From Candidatus Zhuqueibacterota bacterium (GTDB taxonomy: Bacteria > Zhuqueibacterota > Zhuqueibacteria > Thermofontimicrobiales > Thermofontimicrobiaceae), in contig JBMOPW010000013.1 in assembly GCA_049322915.1 (NCBI GenBank), positions 10,098 to 74,097 of the forward strand: DNA of 64,000 nucleotides. Reading direction: 5' to 3'. Shown here piece after piece: positions 30,104 through 40,782 of this stretch (position 1 is its first letter; each line of letters opens with the position of its first letter). The position numbers and the translations under genes were made by a program. A model generated the notes under the pieces. It had not been told where the DNA came from and did not search any database. It was given only the letters and a program-made list of their open reading frames with translations.

Positions 30104-30802
30104 ATGCTACTGACGACGACGACGGCCCATACCGGCATTTCGCTCGCCGGAACGAGCGGGCTGATCAACATTCCAACGGCTGAAGTGATTCGCGACCAGC
30201 AGGTGATGGTGGGATTCGGCATTGTGAACCGCCATGGCGCGTATCTGCAAACGCACCGCTGCGACAACTTCCCATTCTACATCGTCATCGGTTATCTGCC
30301 GCGACTGGAATTCAGCGCCGGGGTCACGTTCGTCCCCGGCCAGCAAAGCTACGACGGCAGCAATACCTACAAAGATGGCGTGGTGAGCGTGCAGTACGTG
30401 CTGGTCGAGGAAAGGCCCCTTTTCCCTGCCATTGCCCTGGGCGCGCGCGATATTTACAGCTTCATCCTGCTGAATACCACGTACATCGTCGCCAGCAAAA
30501 ATATTGTGCGACAGTCCAATACCCGCGTTCGATTTCATGCCGGCTACGGATCTGATGTCATCGACCGGCACCTGGGCGTGCCCAAAAGCGATCGCGGCTA
30601 CCCAGTGGGACACACCATTCTCGGCGTGTTCGGCGGAATGGAAATCAACTGGAAAGACTGCATCGTCTACATGCTGGAATATGACACGCGCTTCGTGAGC
30701 ACAGGGGTTCGTTTCCGACTCAACCCATTTTTGCACTTCGATTTTCACCTGCTGAATATGGAGCATGCCAGCGGCAGTTTGAATCTGTCATTCAGATTAT
30801 GA
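30104..30802 (+). CDS. YjbH-like (N-terminal type) beta-barrel protein
   Basis: G.SGLINIPTA, LEF, PAIALG..D, FGG, EYD motifs; true start likely slightly upstream. Confidence 0.7.
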   Translation: MLLTTTTAHTGISLAGTSGLINIPTAEVIRDQQVMVGFGIVNRHGAYLQTHRCDNFPFYIVIGYLPRLEFSAGVTFVPGQQSYDGSNTYKDGVVSVQYVLVEERPLFPAIALGARDIYSFILLNTTYIVASKNIVRQSNTRVRFHAGYGSDVIDRHLGVPKSDRGYPVGHTILGVFGGMEINWKDCIVYMLEYDTRFVSTGVRFRLNPFLHFDFHLLNMEHASGSLNLSFRL

Positions 30803-30867
30803 AATGCAGCGCCCTGCTTCTCTGGCCTCCGTGAATCATCCCAAAAAAACGAGTGACATTTCATTAA

Positions 30868-31002
30868 CCTGATAGCGCTGGATATCTATCCAGCGCGGGC
30901 AATGGCCAGGACGTATGTCCCCGAATAGGCGCACCGTTCGGGATGAATATTCCTGACGATTAGTTGGTAGTCTTTTGTACTACAAATGACTGAAACGTTA
31001 CA
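30868..31002 (+). repeat. Dispersed triple-hairpin repeat, copy B
   Basis: GCGCTGGATATCTATCCAGCGC-GGGCAATGGC-CAGGACGTATGTCC-CCGAA..TTCGG...CTGAAACGTTACA. Confidence 0.85.
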
Positions 31003-31010
31003 AAAATCGA

Positions 31011-31038
31011 TTGACATTTCATTATTTTTTGGTATATT
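31011..31038 (+). promoter_or_regulatory. sigma70 promoter
   Basis: TTGACA-16bp-TATATT with TG extension. Confidence 0.55.
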
Positions 31039-31076
31039 TAGTACAACTAAATTTCACGATGGGTGAGAAAAGAATC

Positions 31077-32486
31077 ATGCGACACACTATCCTGTCAAAA
31101 AAGATTTTCATTTTCTGGTTGCTTCTCACGATACAGCCGCTGCCGGCTCAGGACCAGTTCACGCTGTTCACGGTATTCGATCAACTTCACTGGGCTCCCG
31201 GCCGCACTCAGGTCGCGTTTCGCTGCCTGCTGCTGGATGAATCGCAGCCGAGCCGGATTCAGGCCAATGTATTGCTGAAGGATATTGCCGGCGATAAGCT
31301 CATGTGCCTCAATCCCGCGGCCGAATCGTTTGCCATTTCCTCCGATAAAAAATGGCTGCTCTTCTCCGGTGTCTACGGGCTGTATCTGATGGAGTTAAAC
31401 AGGCCCGGCTCGGCGGCGCACATCTATTTCCGAAATCCGGCCTCGCCGTGGATTTTTCAGGACTTCGGCTTTTTTGATGCTGAAGCGAAAATCTTCATCA
31501 ACCGCTACCATCCTTCGGAAGAAAAAACGATTGCCGAAGTCTTCGAGCTTCAGCCCGTTCAATTTGAGGCGAACCGCATGACGGCGTGTTCGCTGGAGAC
31601 GGTAAAAAAGAAGCGCTCCTGGCGCCCATCCAATCTGGTCGTGAATCGCATCGGAGAGCGCCGGCCGGACGCCTGGCGCTTCAAAGGCCGAACGCTCCGT
31701 TTTCAACCGTCGCCGGATTCGCCCGATGAATTTCACCTCATCGATCAGGCCGATGAAAATTCATCCCGGACCAGCAGGCTGCTGGATGCATGTCGGCCCC
31801 AACTGGTGAGTCAGAGCCCAAATCGCGAACATGCCGTATTCTCCGTGCTCCGCGAGAATCATCACGTGAGCTATATTTATTCCGCCAATCAGGGCAGGTT
31901 GACGCAACTGCTGTCTGAACGGCTGACTTCAATGGCCTGGGTGAATTCAACCTCTTACCTCTGCATCAACGAACACGGCCTGTTCCTGAGAGATATTCAA
32001 CTGAATGTCAATCGGCGACTGGATGAATTTGAATTGCCGGCCTGGTGCCAAGGCATCGAATTGGAATTGCCGAGATACGAACTCCAGGTTGGATTTGAAA
32101 ACGATCGCGCCAAAGCCGATCACATGGCGTCCCGGCTCCGCGAACTTGGGTTTGATGGCCGGTTGATTTTTCACAAAAACCGGTTTCAAACCGGCTACGA
32201 CATCCGCGTGGGTGGCTTTGTGACGAAAAAGGCGGCCCGGGCGGAACGCGACAGGCTGGAGCAGCACGGCTTCACATGCCGCGTCGATTCAATTTCCGAT
32301 AGCTACGATTATTTCAATCGGCCCTGGCCGGAAGAAACCAAAACGTCCGGCGATTACGTGGCTACGATCCAATACGCCCACGACGGATATCTGCGCTCGA
32401 GAATTATGCTGCGAACAGGGAGCCGGTCCCGGCGCATTTTAGTCGATGAAATGAACACCATTCCCAATCGCGCGGAATGGAAATAA
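31077..32486 (+). CDS. Secreted TolB-like beta-propeller protein with SPOR domain
   Basis: Signal peptide, WAP/ISSD/SP propeller-like blades, YELQVG...A...L...G and IRVGGF..K..A SPOR motifs. Confidence 0.65.
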   Translation: MRHTILSKKIFIFWLLLTIQPLPAQDQFTLFTVFDQLHWAPGRTQVAFRCLLLDESQPSRIQANVLLKDIAGDKLMCLNPAAESFAISSDKKWLLFSGVYGLYLMELNRPGSAAHIYFRNPASPWIFQDFGFFDAEAKIFINRYHPSEEKTIAEVFELQPVQFEANRMTACSLETVKKKRSWRPSNLVVNRIGERRPDAWRFKGRTLRFQPSPDSPDEFHLIDQADENSSRTSRLLDACRPQLVSQSPNREHAVFSVLRENHHVSYIYSANQGRLTQLLSERLTSMAWVNSTSYLCINEHGLFLRDIQLNVNRRLDEFELPAWCQGIELELPRYELQVGFENDRAKADHMASRLRELGFDGRLIFHKNRFQTGYDIRVGGFVTKKAARAERDRLEQHGFTCRVDSISDSYDYFNRPWPEETKTSGDYVATIQYAHDGYLRSRIMLRTGSRSRRILVDEMNTIPNRAEWK

Positions 32487-32524
32487 TGCAGGCAGAGACA
32501 GAAACGGAAATTACAGGAGTTGGC

Positions 32525-33601
32525 ATGCAACCGACTGTGTATTTTATCGCTACGAAAAACGATGATAGCACCAACATGGTGCAGCAGAAATTCATGCAGT
32601 TGTACAGGGAGTCGCGGGCGCACACCTGTTCCGAGTCAGGCGATCTGGCAGCGCTCAAAATTCATTTCGGCGAAGAGAAGAACACCACCCATATTCAGCC
32701 GGAATTATTGAAGCCATTCATCGCTGAATTGAAGCGCAACGGGGTCAAGCCATTTTTCACCGACACCTGCGTGCTTTATCGCAGCCAGCGCTCCGACGCG
32801 GTCAGTCATTTGCTGCTGGCTGAAAAACATGGGTTTTCCATGCAGCATACCGGCGCTCCGGTCGTCATCGCGGACGGGCTTCGGGGACGGAACGAAATCG
32901 ATGTGGCCATTCCCGGCCAACTGTTCACCAAAGTCTCCATCGCCACCGAAGCCGTCATCAGCAACGCCATGTTCGTTTTCACGCATGTCACCGGGCACAT
33001 GGCTTCCGGACTTGGCGGCGCGCTGAAAAATCTGGGCATGGGGCTCGCCAGCCGCAAAGGTAAATTGCGCCAGCACTCCTCCGTAAGCCCGTCCATCGAC
33101 GTGGCCAAATGCAATGGCTGCGGACAATGCCTGCTGTGGTGTCCGGAGAACGCCATCACCATGAACGGGAGCGTTGCGGTCATCAATCGAAAAATCTGCA
33201 TTGGCTGCGGCGAATGCCTCACCGTCTGCCATTTCGGAGCGGTGAAATATAACTGGCAGACATCCAGCCAGGATCTTCAGCGGAAAATGACCGAGCATGC
33301 CCTCGGCGCGATTTACAACAAGAGAGATAAAACCTACTTCTTCAATTTTCTGACGAACATTACCAAAGATTGTGATTGCATGACCAGAGCCCAGCGCCCG
33401 ATGATGGACGACATCGGGATATTAGCCGGCAGCGACCCGGTGGCCATTGACAAAGCCAGCCTGGATTTGATCGAGCGCCACGCCGGCAAATCACTGGTCA
33501 GCATGACCTACGATTCCCTCGATCCGCTCATTCAAATGCAGCACGGCGAGCGCATCGGGCTGGGCAGCATGACCTATCGGCTCGTTGAATTGAACCAATG
33601 A
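32525..33601 (+). CDS. DUF362 family Fe-S protein
   Basis: KIHFGE, H..GH...GGALKNLGMG, two CxxCxxCxxxC ferredoxin motifs, DPVAIDKA. Confidence 0.9.
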   Translation: MQPTVYFIATKNDDSTNMVQQKFMQLYRESRAHTCSESGDLAALKIHFGEEKNTTHIQPELLKPFIAELKRNGVKPFFTDTCVLYRSQRSDAVSHLLLAEKHGFSMQHTGAPVVIADGLRGRNEIDVAIPGQLFTKVSIATEAVISNAMFVFTHVTGHMASGLGGALKNLGMGLASRKGKLRQHSSVSPSIDVAKCNGCGQCLLWCPENAITMNGSVAVINRKICIGCGECLTVCHFGAVKYNWQTSSQDLQRKMTEHALGAIYNKRDKTYFFNFLTNITKDCDCMTRAQRPMMDDIGILAGSDPVAIDKASLDLIERHAGKSLVSMTYDSLDPLIQMQHGERIGLGSMTYRLVELNQ

Positions 33602-33614
33602 AAGCGATGGGAGA

Positions 33615-34172
33615 ATGGACTTTTTTGAAATTCTGAAACAGCGACGAAGCGTGCGGAAATACATCGATCAGCCGGTGGAGCCGGAGATTTTGGAACAGGT
33701 GATGACCGCCGCTCAGAGCGCTCCGTCGTGGAAAAATGGCCAGTGCTGGAAATTCGTCGTGGTCACTGATCCTGAAATTAAAAAGCAGGTCATCGGTTTC
33801 ACTGGCGTGTTCAACCAATCCTGGCTGAGGACCGAATACACCATCATCCTCGCGTGCGGCAATCCGGACGAAAGCGGCTATCGAAATGGGCAGCATTACT
33901 ATCTGGTCGACGTTGCCATTGCCCTGCAAAACCTGGCGTTGGCGGCGACTGCCCTGGGTCTCGGCACCTGTTGGATAGGCGCTTTCGAGGAGGACAAGTT
34001 GAAATCCCTGCTGAGAATCCCGGACGCGTATCGCATTGTCGCCATCACGCCGCTGGGCTATCCGGCAAAGAGCGAAGGGCTTGTGGGCAACATCGCTAAA
34101 ACCGTTGTCCGCCGGGACACCCGGAAACCATTGTCCGACATTTTTAGTTACAACGGATGGGAGTCGCAATGA
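33615..34172 (+). CDS. Nitroreductase family protein
   Basis: RRSVRKY, APS..N.Q.W, LGLGTCWIG. Confidence 0.92.
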   Translation: MDFFEILKQRRSVRKYIDQPVEPEILEQVMTAAQSAPSWKNGQCWKFVVVTDPEIKKQVIGFTGVFNQSWLRTEYTIILACGNPDESGYRNGQHYYLVDVAIALQNLALAATALGLGTCWIGAFEEDKLKSLLRIPDAYRIVAITPLGYPAKSEGLVGNIAKTVVRRDTRKPLSDIFSYNGWESQ

Positions 34173-34915
34173 CAGATCGAAACGAAATCGTCATGTTTTT
34201 GAATGACCTGCTTCAGGTCAATGAATTTGAGGATTACTGCGTGAACGGCATGCAGGTCGAGGGAAAACGCGACGTCCGCAGCGTCGTGTTCGGTGTCAGC
34301 GCCAGCAAACGGCTCTTTGAAGCGGCCATTCAGCAGGGCGCGGATATGATTATCGTCCATCATGGCCTGTTCTGGAAAAGCGATCCCTCGCCGATGCAAT
34401 TGACCGGCACGCTGCGGGAACGGGTGGCGCTGCTCATTAAAAATGACATCAGCCTGCTCGGCTATCATCTTCCGCTGGACGCGCATCCGGAGTTGGGCAA
34501 TAACGCTCAGATTTTGAAGCGCCTCAATCTCGAACGCATCGCTCCGGTGAATGTGGGATTTCTGGGACAGCTTCCCCGGCCGGCGCCAATGGAGCAATTC
34601 GCCCGCATCGTCGAAGAGTCGCTGGAAACGAGCGCTCAGATTTTTCCGTACGGGCCGAACCTGGTTCAGCGCGTGCTGGTGATTAGCGGGGGCAGCTCGC
34701 AGCAATACAAAACAGCGGCGGTCATTGGCGCGGATACATTCATCGGTGGGGATATTCGGGAGAACATTGTGCGGGAATTGGAGGAGGTCGGATTGAATTT
34801 CATTCATGCCGGCCATTACAACACGGAGAAATTCGGAGTGCAGGCCCTGGTTCAGGTCATCGCCAGCCAGTTCAACATCCCGTGCCGGTTCATCGACATT
34901 CCTAATCCGGTGTAG
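34169..34915 (+). CDS. Nif3-like dinuclear metal center hexameric protein
   Basis: NGMQVEG, VHHGLFW, YHLPLDAH..GNN, AGHY.TE. Confidence 0.93.
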   Translation: MTDRNEIVMFLNDLLQVNEFEDYCVNGMQVEGKRDVRSVVFGVSASKRLFEAAIQQGADMIIVHHGLFWKSDPSPMQLTGTLRERVALLIKNDISLLGYHLPLDAHPELGNNAQILKRLNLERIAPVNVGFLGQLPRPAPMEQFARIVEESLETSAQIFPYGPNLVQRVLVISGGSSQQYKTAAVIGADTFIGGDIRENIVRELEEVGLNFIHAGHYNTEKFGVQALVQVIASQFNIPCRFIDIPNPV

Positions 34916-35100
34916 CGTTCACTATTTTACAGGAAAGAAATGTCGCGCAAAAATTTCTCTTGACTTTGAAGAATTATTTTTATATTTATGGGTCGGCTCT
35001 AATAAGCCTTAAAAGGCTTTGATACGTTGGTAATGATATCTTTTCCACGTCATAAATGACGAGGCAATTCAATTGAAAAAATCAAAAGTTTGATAAATTG

Positions 35101-35165
35101 AATAGCCCCGACTTTTAAGTCGGGGAATAGAAATTCACCTCTGATTTTGGGTCTTCAGCCCCTTT
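35101..35165. repeat. REP-like palindrome pair
   Basis: CCCCGACTTTTAAGTCGGGG and GGGTCTTCAGCCC hairpins in an intergenic region. Confidence 0.5.
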
Positions 35166-35324
35166 TTCGAGTGGACTCATTTATCAATGAATAATAAGAC
35201 CAATCTCAACGGCCATCCCGCGAAATCGTGAGGTGAGGGGTTTTTCCACTGCGACGAGCGGTGAAGTCGTTGAATTCATAGTCGCACCGTACCGGTGCGT
35301 AATTTAAATTCGGGTGAAAATCCC

Positions 35325-37346
35325 ATGAATGACATTCGTCTTTTATTGGCTGACAAAAATTTATCGTATCTCGAAATAGCCAGAAAAATGCTTCGGTTTC
35401 ACAATGAAGCTTATCAGGTGGATGTAGCCACTACCGGTGACGAATGTTTTCAGAAGCTATTTGAAAATGAATACGATCTGCTTCTGCTGGACTATGACAT
35501 CGATGAGAAAAAGGGCTTGGAGATATTGCCCCGAATCATCAAATCCGGTCTCGATGTGCCGGTGGTGATGGTCATCGAAGAAGGCCAGGAAGACATTGCA
35601 TTCAAGGCCATTGAGCTCGGCGCCTACGATTACATCATGAAAGTGCGCGGCTACCTCACGGCGCTGCCCTTCACCGTCGGCAAAGTGCTCGAAAAACGAA
35701 AATTTAAAACGACCAAACCTCCCCAGGAAATTCAGGAGCAGGCGCCGCAAGTAACTCCGGAAGAAGAGCCGCCGCTCACATTTTCCCCGGCAGATGAGAC
35801 GCTCTCCAACGAAGCTTTTTATATTCTCGACCGCAAGGGCCGATTCCTCTCGGCCAATCAGAAATTGCAGGAGCAGTTGAATTTCAGTGAAGAAGAACTG
35901 CTGGAACTCACGCTCAGCGATTTGTTGCCGGCGGACCAGGACCGAAGTTTTTACCAGTGGTTAGCGCGGGTGGACATGGGCGCGTCCGATGAATCCTTTG
36001 TCACACAGATTCTCGGCAAGCATGGCGCGAGGATGCCAGTGGAATTATCCATTTCGCCCATGCGCAATAGAAACAGCGAAGTGATTAGCTACAAGGGTCG
36101 CATCAAATTCTCCCCGAAGAAAGAGGAGAAAATCGCCCCATCCAATGGCTATTTTGACCAGAGCCGCATGATTCACGAACTGGTCAAATTGATCCATCAG
36201 AGCTATGACGATTCGTTCAATCATCTGCTGGAGCGCATCAGCCAGCTTGTCTGCCAGATTTTTCAATTCAAACGCAGCACCCTGGCCCTGCTGGATCGGC
36301 GCAAGAAAATATTTGTCAAACAGATTTTGATCGGCTACAGCAATGGCGTCCCGGCGGAGAAAAAGCGAATCATGGAAGTGCCCCAGGACGTCATCGAAAA
36401 AGTGTTCTCCAGCCAATATAAAGTGCGGGTCATCTATCACGACCAAAATTTCAACGGCAGCGCGCCCTCGCGGATGAATGAGCGACGTTCGCAGCCGCGA
36501 CGCGAGGACAAAAACTGGCACCCCCAGGATTTGATCATTTTCAATCTCACGGATAGCAATGATCAGACCTTTGGCTATATTTCCGTGGACAACCCCATCG
36601 AAGCGGTGGCGCCCTCCCGGGATATCTTCAAAAACATGGAGATTTTCACCAGCATGGTCTCGCTGGCCATCGAAAATTTCTATCGATTCGCCTCCGTGGA
36701 AAAACGCAATCGCCGGCTCAAACAGCTCCTCGTCACGAGTAATATTTTCAAGCTGCACCTGAGCATCGCAGAAATGATGAAGGAAATTGTGTGGGCGGTG
36801 AAATTTTCGATGAACTACAACCTGGTGCTTTTAGGGCTCATCAGCAGAAAGACGCGGCGACTGGAGTTCAAATCCGTTGCCTGCGACGATCGCATCAAAA
36901 CGATTCAGTTGAAGGAAGAATCCATTCCCATCGAAGTGCTGCGCACGATTTTCAAAAAGGAATACCAGCGAGGCAAGTCCTATCTGGTGACGCGATCCGA
37001 ACCGGCGCTTCGCAAGCTGAAAGATTTGTATTACGACACGAAAGTCGAAGCCAGCGGCGATCGCTACTGGCCGTGGTGGTCGATGCTCATCGTTCCCATC
37101 TATGAACGACAGGGGAAAATTATCGGATTCATCATCGTGGACGATCCGGCCGATTGTCTGTTGCCCGGCAAGGAAGACATTCACACCCTGGAAATTTTGG
37201 CCAACCAGGTCTCGGTGGCCATTGAAAACCGGCTGACTTATTTGCAGTTGCAGGACAGGGCATTCGACCGCAGGCCAACGTCCCAGCGCGACGACGATAA
37301 AAACGAAGGCAGCATCAAGAAAATTGTCGATATGTTTTTCCGATGA
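35325..37346 (+). CDS. Multidomain signalling protein REC-PAS-GAF-GAF without output domain
   Basis: Receiver (LLLDY, GAYDYIMK), PAS (ILDRKGRF..AN), two GAF-like domains ending SLAIEN and VAIEN. Confidence 0.75.
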   Translation: MNDIRLLLADKNLSYLEIARKMLRFHNEAYQVDVATTGDECFQKLFENEYDLLLLDYDIDEKKGLEILPRIIKSGLDVPVVMVIEEGQEDIAFKAIELGAYDYIMKVRGYLTALPFTVGKVLEKRKFKTTKPPQEIQEQAPQVTPEEEPPLTFSPADETLSNEAFYILDRKGRFLSANQKLQEQLNFSEEELLELTLSDLLPADQDRSFYQWLARVDMGASDESFVTQILGKHGARMPVELSISPMRNRNSEVISYKGRIKFSPKKEEKIAPSNGYFDQSRMIHELVKLIHQSYDDSFNHLLERISQLVCQIFQFKRSTLALLDRRKKIFVKQILIGYSNGVPAEKKRIMEVPQDVIEKVFSSQYKVRVIYHDQNFNGSAPSRMNERRSQPRREDKNWHPQDLIIFNLTDSNDQTFGYISVDNPIEAVAPSRDIFKNMEIFTSMVSLAIENFYRFASVEKRNRRLKQLLVTSNIFKLHLSIAEMMKEIVWAVKFSMNYNLVLLGLISRKTRRLEFKSVACDDRIKTIQLKEESIPIEVLRTIFKKEYQRGKSYLVTRSEPALRKLKDLYYDTKVEASGDRYWPWWSMLIVPIYERQGKIIGFIIVDDPADCLLPGKEDIHTLEILANQVSVAIENRLTYLQLQDRAFDRRPTSQRDDDKNEGSIKKIVDMFFR

Positions 37347-37497
37347 CAGGAGCCAGCCATCGCGCCCGCCTGATTTCAGTCATTCGAATTTCCTCCCTCC
37401 ATTTCCCATGAAACCTGTCTACGGCTTTTTCAGACATTGACTCCGGCGATCGCTCCGTTTTCAGCTATCCATTAAAAATAGCGGCCTGCATCAACCC

Positions 37498-38757
37498 TCA
37501 AATTTCATCTTCACAGACCACATCTTCATCCCATCGTTGCACAAGATAATTTCTATTCTGCTCAAACGCTTCGGCCTGACGTTCAATCACCTCTTCTGCC
37601 TGCGCATCGTTCAAGTCCCGGACCTCATTCACCAGCGCTGCGACCCGGGCAAAATAGAGCGGGGTCATTGAATTCACCAGGCGCTGCTTCTCCCCTTTGC
37701 AGTGATGAAATGCCGCTGCAAAGTCGTAGACAATTCCCGACCACTGTTCCGGCCCCATTGAAAATTCGGTCTCATCCGCCCGCGATAGCTTTTCAATGAT
37801 CTGCCAGTTTTCACGGGCCAGAATTTTTTGCCACGTCCGACGATGGCTGAAAAATCCTGCTTTGAAATCCCCCACCAGTTTCGCGAGATTAACGGTGAAC
37901 GGCCTGGGCGTGATGCGCTCGGAAGGCCCGAGCATCGGAACAGGAGCACTTTGCTGAGCCAGTTTCCAGACCGGCGCGTGTACTTCCATTCGGGACAGGA
38001 GGGTTGAAACAACCTGGTTGAGCATGGGTCCCAGCGATTCCGCCGGATCTTTCACATCGTGTATTTTCGCGCCCAGATTGACCTGAGCAACCCTGGCCCC
38101 GTGCGCCAACGCCGTGGTCGTCAGCCAGATATCAATGCCGAACCGGGCGACATCGGTCTCCCAGACATTCTCAGTCATATAGCGCTGAATCATCGGCCGG
38201 GAAAAAGCAAAATCGCCGCCAATAGGCTGTCGCACGCGATGGCCGAACAGCGCCCTGATGATGGGATACACAATGGTATTGGTGATGGTGCCATCGTATT
38301 TGAAGCGCGAGTAGTAAGGTGCGACAAAATCGTAGGCGTCGCTGAGGATGGCATCCGCCATGTATTTCACCCACTCCGGCGAGATGGAGCGGAGATCGGC
38401 GTCGAACAAGGCGCACACATTCGCCTTCATCAGATCTGCCGCTTCAAGAATGGATCGGACGGCCGTGCCTTTGCCGGGGATTCCCCTGTAAATGGAAACA
38501 ATGCGATGCACCCCGGGATTGGGCAGCGCTTCCATGGCGACCTCCCTCGTATCGTCCACAGAACCACCATCGGCCAGAAAAACCGCGCCGGTGAGGTGCG
38601 GAAAATGCCGCGTCAATCCGGATTCCACGGCGTTCAGGACGTGCGCGATGGTCGATTCATTGTTGAAACAGGGCACTCCCACCAAAATATCCACCGCGCC
38701 AATGCGCTCAATCTGCTGCCGAATCGATGGGCGCAAGGCTGTGCTGTAGTGTTTCAT
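37498..38757 (-). CDS. Glucosylglycerate/mannosylglycerate synthase-like glycosyltransferase
   Basis: GVPCFNNE.TI, DGGS.D.T, GKG, DADL, RQPIGGDF, FGIDIWLTT. Confidence 0.75.
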   Translation of the reverse strand: MKHYSTALRPSIRQQIERIGAVDILVGVPCFNNESTIAHVLNAVESGLTRHFPHLTGAVFLADGGSVDDTREVAMEALPNPGVHRIVSIYRGIPGKGTAVRSILEAADLMKANVCALFDADLRSISPEWVKYMADAILSDAYDFVAPYYSRFKYDGTITNTIVYPIIRALFGHRVRQPIGGDFAFSRPMIQRYMTENVWETDVARFGIDIWLTTTALAHGARVAQVNLGAKIHDVKDPAESLGPMLNQVVSTLLSRMEVHAPVWKLAQQSAPVPMLGPSERITPRPFTVNLAKLVGDFKAGFFSHRRTWQKILARENWQIIEKLSRADETEFSMGPEQWSGIVYDFAAAFHHCKGEKQRLVNSMTPLYFARVAALVNEVRDLNDAQAEEVIERQAEAFEQNRNYLVQRWDEDVVCEDEI

Positions 38758-39040
38758 ACTCTCCCCAAAGTGATAGTGATGCGTCAAATAGGCTGGTGAC
38801 TTTCGTTGAACGAACTCGGTAAATCGGGATCGGCTCTGATTCAGCTATTCGAAGCAATGCTTCCGCAATGTGACCGCAAAAAAAATTATCGGCGCTATCG
38901 AGTTGTTTGCAGAGGCGCTGCGATGCACGAAGACTTCACTGTCCTGATTCATCTGAAACGTCATTCGGACGATATCGGGCGACATTCTGATGAGCGGGTA
39001 CGGCCCCTGCCATTGCGCGTTTCGGAAAAAGCCGAGCCCC

Positions 39041-39928
39041 TCATGCGCCGGCCGGTTTCTCCTGCCCGCCTGGCTGGCCGGTGTCCTCCTGTCCATAGAC
39101 CTGCACCGGAAACGGTCGTGACATAGATCCGGCGTACAGCGACAGATGCCTGAATGCGATTTCGATGTTCTCTTTTTCAAAACGGTTTTTGATATCTTCG
39201 GCGATGCTGTTTTTCAATTTCAGCCAGTTGGATTTCTCGGCCCAGACCCAGAGGATGAGTTCGTACGACGAGTCGCCGAACTCGTTGAAATATACAAATG
39301 GCTCCGGCTCTTTCAGACACAGCGCATTTTTATCGGCGACATCGAGGAGCGCCTGGCGCACGCGGCCGATGTTTTCGCGGTAGACAATGTTGAGATTGAT
39401 ATCCACGCGCCGGATGGGAAAATGCGTCATGTTGATGACATCCGTTTTGATGATGGTTTCGTTGGGAATGCGGATGTACTGGTTGTCGAACGTCCGCAAT
39501 TTCACCGAGAGAAAATCGATGGAGAGAACCACGCCGGTGTTGGTTCCCACGGTGATGATATCGTTCACTTCGAAAGGCTTTTCAGCCAGCAGAAAAAGAC
39601 CGCTGATGATGTTGGAAACACTGGTTTGCGATGCAAAGCCGATGGCCAGCGTGGCGATGCCTGCTGCGCCCAACAGCGTTGTCAATTCGAATCCGACTTC
39701 GCGCAGGGCCGAGAACAGGATGAAGGCGATGCCGGTGTAGAGCACGAATTTGCCCAAAATCATGCTTTGCTGCGCTGAAAATTTTTTGACTGAATATTTC
39801 TTAACTGTCCGGCTGAGAAAGAACACGATGGGGAGACCAATGATCAATACCAGCGCCAATCTCACGATGGATTCAATTTTCGCGGCTGTGAAAAACGTGG
39901 CGAAACTGAAGGTATTCAAAAAGTCCAT
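39041..39928 (-). CDS. Small-conductance mechanosensitive channel (MscS family)
   Basis: GAAG...AIGFASQ..SN..SG, KPF, RIPN, FGDSS. Confidence 0.92.
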   Translation of the reverse strand: MDFLNTFSFATFFTAAKIESIVRLALVLIIGLPIVFFLSRTVKKYSVKKFSAQQSMILGKFVLYTGIAFILFSALREVGFELTTLLGAAGIATLAIGFASQTSVSNIISGLFLLAEKPFEVNDIITVGTNTGVVLSIDFLSVKLRTFDNQYIRIPNETIIKTDVINMTHFPIRRVDINLNIVYRENIGRVRQALLDVADKNALCLKEPEPFVYFNEFGDSSYELILWVWAEKSNWLKLKNSIAEDIKNRFEKENIEIAFRHLSLYAGSMSRPFPVQVYGQEDTGQPGGQEKPAGA

Positions 39929-39938
39929 ACTGTCCTCC

Positions 39939-40754
39939 TTAGATTGTGGGGATTCCCAGGCCGGGCAAATCTTTGATCGAAGAAAACGTCTTGGCGAATA
40001 AATTTTTCCGCTGAGGCATGCGCGGCAAGGCGATCAATGCCGCCGATTTCGCGTCATCGGGCGGAGAGCCGCTCGCTTCAACCTGGCTGACTTCCTGCTC
40101 TCCTGTGTAATAAATACGATTCAGATCCGACCAGAGCTGGCCTTCATGAATGAATAGCGAAAGGTTGGATACCCGAAAGCAGATTTTTTCGACGAGCAGA
40201 TCTTCCTCGGAATTATTGATGAGTTCGAGCGGGCAGACTGCCAAATAGGGTCGGGTTGGATCCGGCTCTCCTTTTCGCGCGGCATTGGTCGCAATCCAAT
40301 AGGATACTTCGCCTTCATAAAAATCGCCGAACCAGGTCGTGGCCAGGCTGACGCTGGGAATTTCGGCCAGCGGTTTGGTCTTTTTCCGCTCGGACAAATT
40401 CACCTGCAGCCACACCGGGATGCGGACGTAGATGGTGGCTTTGATATGGCGCGTCAGCCAGAATCGCGAATTAAATTTCAGGACAACGGAACGATCAGGC
40501 AACATGGGCGTCAGTTCAATTTTCCTCAGCCGCGCGTCCACAGCCCAACGCGTCCAGCGCACCGTGTCCGGGACTGCCGGAAGAGACGGCGTCTGTTCAT
40601 CCGCGTGATGGAAACAGGCCAGTTGAATCTCCTTCTCACATTTCCGGCACCAGAGCTGCAATATCCCCAACCGCCAGGTCTGGATGGAATTCTCTTTCAC
40701 TTCATGCTGTCCCCACAGTGTCTGTGAGACATGATTATCACTGTGTCGTGCCAT
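39939..40754 (-). CDS. DUF432 family protein
   Basis: P.LPDRSVV, YVRIP, L..TWFG...GE..YW; MscS context. Confidence 0.7.
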   Translation of the reverse strand: MARHSDNHVSQTLWGQHEVKENSIQTWRLGILQLWCRKCEKEIQLACFHHADEQTPSLPAVPDTVRWTRWAVDARLRKIELTPMLPDRSVVLKFNSRFWLTRHIKATIYVRIPVWLQVNLSERKKTKPLAEIPSVSLATTWFGDFYEGEVSYWIATNAARKGEPDPTRPYLAVCPLELINNSEEDLLVEKICFRVSNLSLFIHEGQLWSDLNRIYYTGEQEVSQVEASGSPPDDAKSAALIALPRMPQRKNLFAKTFSSIKDLPGLGIPTI

Positions 40755-40782
40755 GCGCTCTCCCTGCTTTATATTTTCCCGG

